The position numbers were made by a program, and so were the translations under genes. A stretch of 64,000 nt of DNA from Eledone cirrhosa (taxonomy: Eukaryota): NCBI GenBank assembly GCA_964016885.1, contig OZ024741.1, positions 92,380,001-92,444,000 on the forward strand. The letters are read 5' to 3'. Shown piece by piece: positions 17,135 to 34,358 of this stretch. The stretch's first letter is position 1. The number at the start of each line of letters is the position of its first letter. A model generated the notes under the pieces. It saw only the letters and a program-made list of their open reading frames with translations, was not told the DNA's origin and searched no databases.

Positions 17135-17177
17135 ACGTTGCTGACGATAGCTAATAAGCTTGAAACTAGTACAGCGT
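17135..17177 (+). ncRNA. Minimal type-I hammerhead ribozyme, array unit 1 (intact)
   Basis: ACGTTG-CTGACGA-tAGCTaataAGCTt-GAAAC-TA-GTA-CAGCGT. Confidence 0.92.
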
Positions 17178-17978
17178 TCCTTTGTCAGTGTGGAACAAAC
17201 GAGAAACGATGGTTGCTAGACACTACGGCTTAATACGGGATGTTTGTTTACAAACACACCGAGCATTATAATAAATGTTCAGTGAACCCATACGTACATA
17301 TATATATGTGTGCATGTATGTATATATATATATACATACTACTGTACGTCTGTATACATATATGTATGTACGTGTACATACTTATATTTAAGTAACAGCC
17401 GTACTAAGAGTGGGAAATGAAATTTCGTTTCATTTTTACCGTTTATCGTTTTCGGTGCACCCGGCCGATTAACCCATTCGATATGCAAATTGGGCTACTC
17501 AGCCGTTAATATGCATAAGGTAAGTATATACGTTCAACAATCTGGCAGGAAGGTTTATGTTGCCGACGATAGCTAATAAGCTTTAAACTAGTACAGCGTT
17601 CCTTTGTCAGTGTTAAACAAACAAGCAACGATGGTTGCTAGACACTACGGCTTAATACGGGATGTTTGTTTACAAACACACGGAGCATTATAATAAATGT
17701 TCGGTGAATCCATACGTACATATATATATGTGTGCATGTATGTATATATATATATACATACTACTGTATGTCTGTATACATATATGTATGTACGTGTACA
17801 TACTTATATTTAAGTAACAGCCGTACTAAAAGTGGGAAATGAAATTTCGTTTCATTTTTTCCGTTTATCCTTTTCGGTGCACCCGGCCGATTAACCCACT
17901 CGATATGCAAATTGGGCTACTCAGCCGTTAATATGTATAAGGTAAGTATATACGTTCAACAATCTGGCAGGAAGGTAT

Positions 17979-18021
17979 ACGTTGCTGACGATAGCTAATA
18001 AGCTTGAAACTAGTACAGCGT
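17979..18021 (+). ncRNA. Hammerhead ribozyme, array unit 3 (intact)
   Basis: Same motif as unit 1. Confidence 0.92.
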
Positions 18022-19248
18022 TCCTTTGTCACTGTTGAACAAACGAGCAACGATGGTTGCTAGACACTACGGCCTAATACGGGATGTTTATTTACAACCA
18101 CACCGAGCATTATAATAAATGTTCGGTGAATCCATACGTATATATATATATATGTGTGTGCATGTATGTATATATATATATACATAGTACTGTATGTCTG
18201 TATACATATATGTATGTACGTGTGCATACTTATATTTAAGTAACAGCCCTACTAAAAGTGGGAAATGAAATTTCGTTTCATTTTTTTCGTTTATCCTTTT
18301 CGGTGCACTCGGCCGATTAACCCATTCGATATGCAAATTGGGCTACTCAGCCGTTAATATGCATAAGGTAAGTATATACGTTCAACAATCTGGCAGGAAG
18401 TTATACGTTGCTGACGGTAGTTAATAAGCTTGAAACTAGTACAGCGTTCCTTTGTCAGTGTTGAACAAACGTGCAACGATGATTGCTAGACACTACGGCT
18501 TAATACGGGATGTTTATTTACAACCACACCGAGCATGATAATAAATGTTCGGTGAATCCATACGTATATATATATATGTGTGCATGTATGTATATATATA
18601 TATACATAGTACTGTATGTCTGTATACATATATGTATGTACGTGTACATACTTATATTTAAGTAACAGCCGTAGTAAGAGTGGGAAATGAAATTTCGTTT
18701 CATTTTTTCCGTTTATCATTTTCGGAGCACCCGACCGATTAACCCACTTGATATGCAAATTGGGCTACTCAGCCGTTAATATGCATAAGGTAAGTATATA
18801 CGTTCAGCAATCTGGCAGGAAGGTATACGTTGCTGACCATAGCTAATAAGCTTGAAACTATTACAGCGTTCCTTTGTCAGTGTTGAACAAACGAGCAAAG
18901 ATTGTTGATAGACACTACGGCTTAATACGGGATGTTTGTTTACAAACACACCGAGCATTATAATAAATGTTCGGTGAATCCATACGTACATATATATTTG
19001 TGTGCATGTATGTATATATATATATACATACTACTGTACGTCTGTATACATATATGTATGTACGTGTACATACTTATATTTAAGTAACAGCCGTAGTAAG
19101 AGTGGGAAATGAAATTTCGTTTCATTTTTTCGGTTTATCCTTTTCGGTGCACCCGGCCGATTAACCCACTCCATATGCAAATTGAGCTACTCAGCCGTTA
19201 AAATGCATAAGTTAAGTATATAGGTTCAACAAGATGGCAGGAAGGTAT

Positions 19249-19291
19249 ACGTTGCTGACGATAGCTAATAAGCTTGAAACTAGTACAGCGT
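19249..19291 (+). ncRNA. Hammerhead ribozyme, array unit 6 (intact)
   Basis: Same motif as unit 1. Confidence 0.92.
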
Positions 19292-19674
19292 TCCTTTGTC
19301 AGTGTTGAACAAACGTGCAACGACCATTGCTAGACACTACGGTTTATTACGGGATGTTTATTTACAAACAGACCGAGCATCATAATAAATGTTCGATGAA
19401 TCCATACGTAGATATATATATGTGTGCATGTATGTATATATATATATATATACATACTACTGTACGTCTGTAAACGTATATGTATGTACGTGTACATACT
19501 TATAAATAAGTAACAGCCGTACTAAGAGTGGGAAATGAAATTTCGTTTCATTTTTTCCGTTTATCGTTTTCGGTGCACCCGGCCGATTAACCCACTCGAT
19601 ATGCAAATTGGGCTACTCAGCCGTTAATATGCATAAGGTAAATATATACGTTCAACAATCTGGCAGGAAGGTAT

Positions 19675-19717
19675 ACGTTGCTGACGATAGCTAATAAGCT
19701 TGAAACTAGTACAGCGT
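19675..19717 (+). ncRNA. Hammerhead ribozyme, array unit 7 (intact)
   Basis: Same motif as unit 1; units 2, 4, 5 carry core mutations (CCGACGA/TAAAC; CTGACGG; CTGACCA). Confidence 0.92.
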
Positions 19718-20000
19718 TCCTTTGTCAGTGTGGAACAAACGAGCAACGATGGTTGCTAGACACTACGGCTTAATACGGGATGTTTATTTACAACCGCACC
19801 GAGCATTATAATAAATGTTCGGTGAATCCATACGTACATATATATATGTGTGCACGTATGTATATATATATATACATAGTACTGTATGTCTGTATACATA
19901 TATGTATGTACGTGTACATACTTATATTTAAGTAACAGCCGTACTAAGAGTGGGAAATGAAATTTCGTTTCATTTTTTCCGTTTATATATATACATATCT

Positions 20001-20155
<155 letters not shown>

Positions 20156-20208
20156 CATACATATACGTCGAAACGGCTTGAGCTCAGCCGTCGGGGTCCT
20201 ACTGGTTC

Positions 20209-20321
<113 letters not shown>

Positions 20322-20323
20322 CA

Positions 20324-21669
20324 TAACTTTGAATAACTTTGAAATGTTTTGGCCAGTATTGGCCCAGGCGATGTCTAACTTAATAGCACCACCTGGCGAA
20401 GTCTTTCAACTCAGGATTTGGGCACCATGGCCCATTCGAGAAGAGAATTACTGTTTGCGGTGACATATCCGGGTGTGGGTGGTTTTTCCGGGATTCCTTA
20501 GAGGAATTTGTCCAAAGACTTCTTGAATTTTGTGTGGTCAGTTTCTGTTTTGACGTGTCCTGGTGTGATGTTGAAGAGAGCAGGGCCAATTGAGGTCAAA
20601 TATTTGTGTCGTATTGTTGTTATGTGTTGCGATTTAGATTTTTGTTTGGGACGGATAGCACGGGGCCCAAGCCTTGGGTGTATTTTTAAGGTAATGCCAA
20701 CATCATTTGGGCAGTGCTGATGAAACATTTTCCACATCATGCAGATAATATAACGCTCACGGCGACGTTGGAGAGAGTAAAGTTTCAGCTTTTCTAGTCG
20801 ACCCCAGTAGTCAAGGTCTGACATGCCATCTATCTTTTTCGTGATTGCTCTTTGGGGAGCTTCAAGTTTCATGATACTTTGTTTCGTGTGGGGAGACCAC
20901 AGTGGACAACAGTATTCAAGGTGTGGTCGGGCAAAAGTGGAGATAAGAAGGATAATGGTGTGGGAATCTCTCGACTGGAAGGTTCTGAGGATCCAGGAAC
21001 ACATTCTGCGGGCCATGTCAATTTTTCTGCTTATATGCGTGGCCCAGCTTATGTTGCTGTCCACGGTTACTCCCAAGTCTCTGATGTTGTTAGATGCCAC
21101 GAGATTTTCACCGGAGGGAAGGGAGTACGGGAGTTTCAGAGCATCCTCTTTTCCAAAGTGGATCAGTTCGAATTTGTCTTCGTTCAGTAACATGTTGTTC
21201 TTTTCCGCCCATTGGATAACAACCAGTAGGTCTGACTGAAGGCTTATCCTGTCATCCACGCCATTGATGACCTTTTGGAGCTTGGAATCATCAGCGAAAA
21301 TTCTAATGTTGCTGTGTTTGATGATGTCAGTGATGTCATTAATATAGATGATGAAGAGAAGTGGGCCCAACACAGTGCCTTGTGGGACCCCACTACTGAC
21401 TTTGGCAGGGCTGGATTTGACTCCTTCGACTATAACATGTTGGGTTCTGTTTGACAGGAAGCTCTTGATCCACTGCAGCAGCTTTCCAGTGTCACCAATA
21501 TTGCACAGCTTTCTCAGTAGAATGTTATGATCAACCCTGTCAAATGCCTTGCTGAAATCAAGGTAGATAACATCAGTGTTGGAACCCTCTCCAAAGGCTC
21601 TCAAAATGTCATCAAAGTGATGCAGTAGCTGCGTCAGGCAATCCCTTCCATTACGGAATCCATGCTGGT
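20324..21669 (-). mobile_element. 5'-truncated CR1-group LINE (RT domain to 3' end) inserted in (TA)n
   Basis: [52 protein letters not shown]; 3' terminal TCAAAGTTA repeats. Confidence 0.92.
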
Positions 21670-21692
21670 ATATACATATACATACATGTATA

Positions 21693-22322
<630 letters not shown>

Positions 22323-22328
22323 TGTATG

Positions 22329-23895
<1,567 letters not shown>

Positions 23896-23899
23896 TCAT

Positions 23900-24023
<124 letters not shown>

Positions 24024-24042
24024 CTATGTATATATATATATA

Positions 24043-24312
24043 AAAATGGAATAGAATGAAACGAAATTTCATTTCTCATTCTTAGTACGGCACTTACTTA
24101 AATGTAAGTATGTATTTATGTATACGTACATACATATATGTATACAGACGTACAGTAGTATGTATATATATACATACATGCACACATATATATATGCACG
24201 TATCGGTTTACCGAACATTTATTATAATGCTCGGTTTGTTTGTTTGTAAACAAACAAACAGCCCGAATTACGCCGTACAGTGTTTAGGCAACCACGTCAC
24301 CTTTTTGTTCAA
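24043..24312. repeat. Rearranged dispersed fragment of the 422-bp HHR repeat family
   Basis: GAATGAAACGAAATTTCATTTC, TACAGACGTACAGTAGTATG, CCGAACATTTATTATAATGCTCGG match the reverse complement of the array unit. Confidence 0.75.
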
Positions 24313-24319
24313 TGAAAGA

Positions 24320-26135
24320 AAGAAGCTTACAAAACTTGGCTTGGAAATAAGTCTTCCTTCTTGCACGTGCGGTACAAGCAGGCGCGAAAAGTCACAGCAG
24401 AGACAGTAACGGTGTCAAATATATGGGAGGACTTTGGTTGGAATCCGACTTCAGATCAGCAAATAAAATATTCTAATAGACCATCAACCGAATTCGAAAT
24501 AAGGAGTCCCCATCCACGCTTGCTATCAGGAACTCGTCAGGTGTCCTTCTCTCCGAAGAAAGCGAAGAAAGGTACAACCTCTCGAGGTGGAGAGAGGTTG
24601 TACCTTTGTTGATCTCCTACATACGGCCATAACATCTTCTGATGTACGTGAGATACATCAAAGGACGAAGACTAACCTCTCGGAGTCTGAGATTACCACA
24701 TAAATTAAAGAGCTCAAATGAGGCAAGGCCTCCGGGGAAGATGAAATTTGGCCCGAGTTGTTAAAAGCCTTAAATAGAAAAGGAGGAATGGCATCAAAGC
24801 AATGGCAATCGGGAGTGATAATTCCAATTTTCAAAACGAGGGGTAAAAGGAATTGCTCTAATTATAGACGGATCTCCCTGTTAAGCCAACTCTATAAAGT
24901 CTATGTTAAGTGTCTGGTAAAGAGACGTAGGGATATTTTCGAGCCCAACCTATCTGACGAACAGTGTGGTTTTCGCCCCGATGCAGCACAGCTGACCTAA
25001 TATTAACACTGCGGTAGGTCTTCGAGAAATCATGGAAGTATTGCCAAAAAGTGTGTGGTTGTTTCGTAGACCCCGAAAAGACATATCGCCGCGTACACAA
25101 GACTTGTGGATAGTTCTGCAAGAGAATGAGATCGATAGACAGCTTCTTGTTTCATTGAAGTCCTTATACGAATGCCCTTGTATTCATGTTCGAATAAATA
25201 GTGTAATGTCGAAAGTACTCAATGTGGGTGTCGGACTCCGACAAGAATGCGAACTGTCACCTCTCCTATTCATAATCTTCAAGGACAGGATTGACATGCA
25301 AAGCTAGGTAGGAAATGATATCGAGGCCAACTGATGTAGGATCAGTCGGCTGGAATTTACAGACGACATGATACTACTTAGCTCGTCGGAAAGTGATCTC
25401 TGACATACACTTGATAGGTTCCCGCCGAGTGCTGCACGACCGGAATGAAAGTCAATGCTGCGAAGACTGAGACACACGTCCTCCCAAGGAAGCCTACGCA
25501 GCGTACTCTGCGTGTGAGTGGAGTTCCACTGAAGCAGGAATGGAAGTTCAAGTATCTCGGGCCGTTTTCATGAGTGAGGAAATTCAATAGGCCGAATTAA
25601 ATGCAATAATTTCAAGAGTTGGTGTAGTAATACGCCAGCTTAAGCACTCCTACATCAGAAGAAGGAAATGAGGTATAAAAGTTAAACTTGCTGTCTTCAA
25701 TTTGGGTAATGACTGAAAGAATACGATCGTGAATACAACTGGTCGAAATGAGGATACTCCGAAGGGTCTTTGGAGTAACGTTACTCGATAGGGTGCGTTG
25801 CTTGAAGATCAGGGAGTCGCTCTTGGTAGAGCCACTACTTCTCGGAATCGAGAGATCTTAGCGCCCATAGTACGGGCGTGTGGTTAGAAGATCTAAGTTA
25901 AGATTCACTGAAGAGATTTTACGCACAAAACCAACTGGCAGGAGACTCAGAAGTATACCACGAACAAAATGGTTGAATAAGATACTTGAGCTCAGTTGAT
26001 TTCGTTTAGGGATCCAGCTTGATCAATTGGAGACAGTTGCTTCTGACAGGACCCTCTGGAAGGCCTATCAAAAGACTTTGCCTGACGATACTCCCGGGAA
26101 TAAGTGTGAGAAGAAAGCGAAGGAATGGAAGTACC
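24320..26135 (+). mobile_element. Degenerate RTE-clade LINE (RT and C-terminus)
   Basis: GKASGEDEI.PELLK, WQSGVIIPIFK, NYRRISLLS, CGFRP, GLRQ.C.LSPLLF, EFTDD; many stops. Confidence 0.85.
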
Positions 26136-26421
26136 GTAACAAGTTGAATAGGGCTCGATATCGACAGGAGGTAAAAAGTAATTGACTGGCATTCGGAAAC
26201 AGGATGGCTCTGAACCATCTAAGTGTTTTGATTTTTTTCTTTGAGATAAAAATACCTTGATTGTCTGATAGCAGAGATTGAAATCCACCCCTCCCAACTC
26301 ATTTATACATTCTGAATGTATAGCTACACGCTAACTATCCACATGACCAACTACAGGCAAACAATTCGGCTGTTAAAATAGAGAGTTAAAATAAATAAAT
26401 ATTATTGTGAGATTTAAACAA

Positions 26422-26830
26422 TGGGCGGTGGATTGACAGTAACGGTAGATCGTCAAACGACGTATGCTGCTGCAGGTAGTTATGGCGGTTTACGTCTTGT
26501 GCTCAAATCCCACTCAGGTTATTTTTGTCGTACATTTTTGCGGAGTCGATAAAATAAAGTACCAGTAATACACTGGGGTCGATTTAATCGACTTTCCCCT
26601 TCCCTTCAAATTGCTGACCTTGTGCCAAATGTAGAAACAATTATTAGACTTAAATGCTTTGCTGTATTTAGTTACGATTTTCTATTTTCTGAGTTCAAAT
26701 CCTGCCGCTGTCAACTTTACCTTTCATCCTTTCGAGATCGATAAAATAAAATACCAGTTAAGTCCTGGAATCTATGTAATTGACTTTCTTCTTCCCCAAA
26801 TCGTTCATTTGCACATAGTGCGAACTTGGC
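26422..26830 (+). mobile_element. Two older copies of the Meta-type SINE in tandem (26422-26645; ~26650-26830)
   Basis: GTCGATAAAATAAAGTACCAG core, B-box-like GAGTTCAAATCC. Confidence 0.75.
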
Positions 26831-27099
26831 TGGTTATAATCAATGTTTTTTATAACAAAAAAATATTTTGTCTTTAATGGTGAGTCTCTCATATATTTAT
26901 TGCATATAAAAATTAGTGTATGCTTTCATATATACCCCTATTATGATTAACGCTGTCTTAGAGCTACTGTCAATTAATTATAACCAGCTGAGTTCACACT
27001 ATATGCAAATCACCATTTCCAGCCGATGTTTTCTATTTGCTATATGCAAATGAGAATCTCCGGCAACTGTTCATCATGCAAAATCTACATAGACACTAG

Positions 27100-27680
27100 T
27101 CTATTTTCATCCCAGTATCGGATTAGTGGATGTCATAATGAGAGATTAAGAAATCACTTGCTAACTGCCACTCGATACGGTTTCCGACCGAGTGAGTGGT
27201 TGTAGCTGCATTACACAGTTTCTACATTACGAATGGGTATTGAAACAGATGTTTAACCATTCCAACGAGGATGTCTTATATCTTGACATTTCGTTAGTCT
27301 TTAACTGCTAAGTCACAATGTACATGATCTCGACATAGTTGGTAAATTCAGAGAGATAAAACTGAAGCAGCGACAGCTAACAGTGCTCTCTCAAAGGTCA
27401 GAATAATTTTGAGTGAAGTTCCTCAGAGAACTGACTGTGGGACAGCAGCACACTGGGTCTTAAAACCGGACGGCACTGACTAATCGATTGCTAAGGGCTA
27501 AAGGTGTGTTTTCATTTCATTTTCGTTTCGATCTTAGTTCGGCAGCTTCACTTTTTTTTCAGCCTTTTTTTTTTCTTTTTTACCCAGTCCAGCGGCCCGT
27601 GGGACATTGTTCAAATGCTTATATAGCCAGTCTGTCTCTGCTTGGGGATCAATAATGTTTGTTGTAGCTCTCAGTCACTC
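27100..27680 (+). pseudogene. Highly decayed CR1-like RT remnant, interrupted by a possible small MITE (~27444-27640)
   Basis: Remnants readable as YGFR, SCITQFL, DVLYLD, VPQ.T; weak CAG...CTGG / CCAG...CTG termini. Confidence 0.35.
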
Positions 27681-28189
27681 CATCGGTTGTACAAACAATC
27701 ATTTTCATAATCTATACTAAATCTATCCGAAGTGTTTAGAGGCGAAGAGGAATGGTTACGACGTTAACAGTCAACTATTTAGACGTCACTATCGAGAGGA
27801 ACGATGAGTCAATAGTAACAAAAGTTTACAATAAGATGAAGGATTTTAGTTTTAAGAAAGCATGGATCTCCTTTGCATCTAGCTGTATACCCTTGTAGAT
27901 GAGATGCAACATGTTATCCAGTCAAATTATATGATACAGTAGGATAAGTAGTCGGATAAATCTTTTTGCGGAAAAAGTTAGAAAATGTTAACACACATAT
28001 GGTAGCTCAAGGATATTTTCGTCGTACCCTTGATATTAAAAGGGAGATTCTGAGAAAGTTTGCAGCTGGAAAGCGTTTGGTTAAGCTTTACAAGGGATTA
28101 CGTTTTTATTTTATTTATGTATTTATTTATTTTTATTTATTTATTTATCTATTGTATTTTTCCCATCGTGATAGTATGATTTGAGTTCG

Positions 28190-29965
28190 TTGCTGGCGTT
28201 TCGTGATTAAAGGGAAGTATGGATTCTTTTCAACAGCTGTACACCAGTATCCAGCAGACGCATCAAAGCGCATGTGGCTGTAAGATCACGGAACATTACC
28301 ATTATACAAGTCTATGCACCAACGTTCGATTATGACGATGATGATGTTGAGGAGTTCTATAAGGATCTGGAAAGAATTATCAGGGCAGCTTCTAAAAAAG
28401 ACATCATCACAAGACCTCACGGAGAACATCATGGCATACACCTAATGGCAGGAATCAACCAAATTGCCTTCATCCTCACATCTCAAACATTCAAGTCTAG
28501 TATCATAAGACCAAGACTGGGACCTTTCCTGGTGCATATGTCAACAGTGATCATGATTTGGTTCTGATGACACTAAAACTTAAATTGAAAAAGATCCATA
28601 AAAACGGAGTCACACATCAAATTTTATGTGAACAAACTAAGAGATCCTAGTGATTTAAGAGGGGACTTGATGAAGACCAAGCTAACAGATCAGGAGGCAA
28701 GACAAAAATACAACGCTTTGAATATAAGGTTAGGAAGAAAAAGAGGTGAGCCAAAGAGGAGTGGGTATCAGACCAATGCAAAAACATCGGAGCTGGATTT
28801 AAAAGGGGCAATAGCAATGCTGCTTATAAAACTCTTAAAATGCTAATAAAAACAAAGTAACATAGCACCACTACCATGGAGGACAAAACTGGCTTGCTCC
28901 TCACAGACGAGGCCGATATAATCAAAAGAAGGCCTTTATAACCACAAACTCAGTCATAACATCAGCAACATTCTGGACAATTCCACCAATAAGATCAAAG
29001 GAAATTGAGGATACTCCAATTCTCCAAGAGGAAGTCGAAGAGGCGATGCACACACTCAAAGAGGATAAATCCCCAGGAGTCGATAACATTCCATTAGAGA
29101 TCCTAAAACGTAGAGGGTAAAACTTATCAAGGCACTGACAGTTACCTGTTAAAAGATATGGGAAGTGGCCAAAAGGAGTGGATCCAATCACCGATGATAC
29201 TCATTCCCAAAAAAGGAAACTTAAGACCCTGCCAGAACTACAAAACAATCAGCCTAATTAGCCACCCCAGCAAAGTACTACGAAGAGTTCTTCTAACCAG
29301 ACTTAAGGGAAAGGCAGACGAACAAGCAGGATTCAAGTCCAAAAGAAATACAAAGAGCAGATATTTAACATCAGGCGGCTCACAGAGAAACACCCGCAGC
29401 ACCAATCCAACCTCTATTATAACTTCATCGACTTTAAAAAACATTTTACCTACCATGTTTGTGGAAGGGGATGACACCAACCTCATTCAAGTAATTAAAG
29501 TTCTGTATGACAATTCAAACAGTGCAGGCAACAGTGAGAGTTCGACAACATCTTCCTGGAAAACATCATACAAGAGACACTCTAAGACTTTCACACCTCT
29601 GTTTCCATTAGAGGAGGACCTATTTCCAACCTGCGATTTGCTGATGACATTGACCTGTTAGAAATCAAGGAATCAGAACTCCGGGAGCTCACTACTAGAC
29701 TGTAAAAAGTATCAGGATCATATGGAATGGAGATCATCCAGAAAAGAGCAAGATTCTGATTAATAGTAATAATCAGAATATAGCGACCAACATTATGCTG
29801 AATGGAGAAAGACTTGAAGAAGTGGACACCTTCAAGAATCTAGGATCCATTCTGACTAAAGATGGCCGATTTCAAAAAGAGATACTGACAAAACTCTCCC
29901 TGGTTACTTCTGCCATGGTAAAGCTGAATGTCATGTGAAAAGTAACTCCATCAGTTTTCCAACGA
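28190..29965 (+). mobile_element. Degenerate RTE (BovB-like) LINE: APE endonuclease to RT, with internal deletions
   Basis: NITIIQVYAPT..YDD..VEEFY, KSPGVDNIP.E, IPKKGNL..CQNYKTISLISHPSKV, NLRFADDIDL. Confidence 0.85.
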
Positions 29966-30538
29966 AGCCGCAGAGAAAGCCACTAAATGGACCGATCTGT
30001 GTAGGTGGTTGTGGCTTGGATGTAAGTCGGAGCCTGATCAATTATCGCTGGGTCGCTTGAGCAAAGATGTAAGATGCTAAAAGTCCCAAAATACTCAAGA
30101 TGCATTCAAGCCCATCTACGAGGATGTATCCTGCATGCCATCATCCTGCCAATTGCTGACTTGACGAAATTGTTCCAAAAGACTGTCTTTTCCCCGTATA
30201 TTTACAAATCAGTTTAAATCAGTCCTTCTCTACCCTAATCACTTACCCTATCCTTAGTTAAAATAGTTATATAATAAAAGTAAATAGAATACAAACAGTT
30301 ATGATCTACACAAGAAATTACACGTGAGAGTTAAACAATAACGGTATTATCTGTGCGAATGTCATTGTTTTGGGTTTCGTTTTGTTTCTCAATCTATTCA
30401 ACAATCACTATTAAGTCTGGTCTGTCGACCTGACTGTTTACCTACATATTCTGACAGACATCTCTCAGTAATTGTATTGTATCATAGAGATCTGTATGAA
30501 TTTAAACATAATTTGCTTTCTCTCTTTCTACCGTCAAA

Positions 30539-30616
30539 ATGGTTAGATGCCATCATATTCACAATGAAGCGTTGCGAGGCGTTTTTGCAGAATTCCTTGG
30601 AACATTTGTCTTTGGG
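30539..30616 (+). CDS. AQP: Aquaglyceroporin-type aquaporin (MIP family), first coding exon
   Basis: ATG in CAAAATGG context; MVRCHHIHNEALRGVFAEFLGTFVFG (AEFLGT = MIP helix-1 motif); ends at GTAAGT donor, phase 0. Confidence 0.88.
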
Positions 30617-30708
30617 GTAAGTACTCAAACACTCAACAAATATTTCAAATATACCTTCTGGAAATTTAGTATTCGTATGAAAGAATTAATATAATGATGC
30701 CTATTTTT

Positions 30709-30786
30709 GTATGTATGTATGTATGTATGTATGTATGTATGTATGTATGTATGTATGTATGTATGTATGTATGTATGTATGTATGT
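30709..30786. repeat. (GTAT)n microsatellite
   Basis: Direct. Confidence 0.97.
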
Positions 30787-30929
30787 ACGCATATGTCTGT
30801 GTATACGTATGAATGAATATATTCACATATATACATATATACATATATGTGTATGTGTGATGTTATGTGTATATGTATGTGGCTTGGTGGTTAGTGTATT
30901 CAGCTCACGATTATACACAAATATATAAT

Positions 30930-31010
<81 letters not shown>

Positions 31011-31013
31011 GCT

Positions 31014-31125
31014 AATCCCGCTGAGGTTGACTTTGCCTTTCATCCTTACGGGGTCGATAAAATAAAGTACCAGTAATGCACTGGGTAATTGCTGGCCTTG
31101 TGCCTAAAGTAGAAACAATTATTAT
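31014..31125 (+). mobile_element. Meta-type SINE, 5'-truncated
   Basis: Same core as 16418-16515. Confidence 0.8.
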
Positions 31126-31166
31126 ATGGAGTCGTTGCTCTACGGTTAAGCTTACACCGTTTAGAT

Positions 31167-31860
<694 letters not shown>

Positions 31861-32060
31861 TATATATCATATTTCAACACTTGGACACTTTCCCATCGCT
31901 CAATATTTTAACAAAGAAGGAACGGTTCAAATGCTCTCACTTATGGATATTATGTTACTATTGTTACGTAATATAAAATCAATGACAGCTGGTAGAAACG
32001 TAAATATAGACTACTATTTACTCTAGCAGTATTTTTCAATGTGTGTTTGTAATAATTATG

Positions 32061-32130
<70 letters not shown>

Positions 32131-32212
32131 TGAACCTGTTATTTTTATCTAAAGACATTTTTTTCCAATTCCACTCCGCCCGTCCCTTCAATCTATCTTA
32201 TTTCTCATTCTT

Positions 32213-32258
32213 TCTTCTGATGAAGGACTAGCGTCCGAAACGTTAAGTCCCTCTTCCT
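32213..32258 (+). ncRNA. Minimal hammerhead ribozyme motif in a short PLE pLTR remnant (32128-32333)
   Basis: CTGATGA-A-GGAC-tagc-GTCC-GAAA-CGT-TA-AG; palindromic AACGTT; helix I weak. Confidence 0.7.
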
Positions 32259-32329
32259 GCTATTTCAAGAATTAACCTAATATATTCCTTCCATATACTG
32301 TACCGATTGTATTGTTATTTCTGTTTACC

Positions 32330-33370
<1,041 letters not shown>

Positions 33371-33533
33371 AAATAAACTGAACAAACACTTCTCACTTAA
33401 CGACCAAATTCCATTCAAACGGCCTGGTTGTAGACTTAGTTGGTTGATAAACGGACTCATTAAATTCCAGGATCCTTTCCAACGACCTAGAGTCGGATAC
33501 CATGCGTTGAGGCATAGAGTTACGGCCCTTGCC

Positions 33534-33655
33534 ATTCTGAGTTCAAATCCCGCCGAGGTTAATTTTACGTTTCATCCTTGCGGGGTCGATAAAATAAAGT
33601 ACCAGTAATGCACTGGGTAATTGCTGGTCTTGTGCCCAAAGTAGAAACAATATAA
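33534..33655 (+). mobile_element. Meta-type SINE, 5'-truncated
   Basis: B-box and core as in other copies. Confidence 0.8.
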
Positions 33656-33925
33656 TTAAAATAAGTATCATACCATTCATTATACATACATTTTTATCAT
33701 GACTGCTTCTCGATTTTGAGAATTTCTATCACTTGAACTTTTCTGTTAATGTTTAGCCCTGCCGAGGACTTTATTGGCAACAGCCAGCCTTGCTCCTGCG
33801 ACACGCAAATAATGTTTAGATCAAGTGATGCCTGCTATTGAAGCTTTTTTAAGTGAAGAAAGGCCTTGCACATTCATGCATACATACATACGTACATACA
33901 TACATACATACATACATACATACAT

Positions 33926-33991
33926 GATGATGGCTGCCCCCTCGTTATCGAGTATGGCCATTGCACAATAAAAAAAAAAAATAAATAAAAA

Positions 33992-34024
<33 letters not shown>

Positions 34025-34045
34025 AAAAAAAAAAAAAGGGAAAAG

Positions 34046-34076
<31 letters not shown>

Positions 34077-34198
34077 TATACATACATATATATATACACA
34101 TATATATACACACACACATACATACACATACATACATATATACACACACACATACATACACATACACTCACACATATATACACACATACATTAATAAC

Positions 34199-34241
<43 letters not shown>

Positions 34242-34320
34242 GCAATAATAATAATAACGACAACAACAATAATAATATACATATTCATATATATATACAC
34301 ACACACGCACGCACATAAGC

Positions 34321-34358
<38 letters not shown>

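Noticed and set aside
17105-19985. CRISPR-like or protein-coding repeat array
   Set aside because: Whole ~422-bp units repeat with no unique spacers; eukaryotic context; unit ORFs short and inconsistent
30250-30538. Aquaporin core promoter (TATATAA ~30268, CACGTG ~30321)
   Set aside because: Plausible position but such motifs are uninformative in this AT-rich DNA without TSS data
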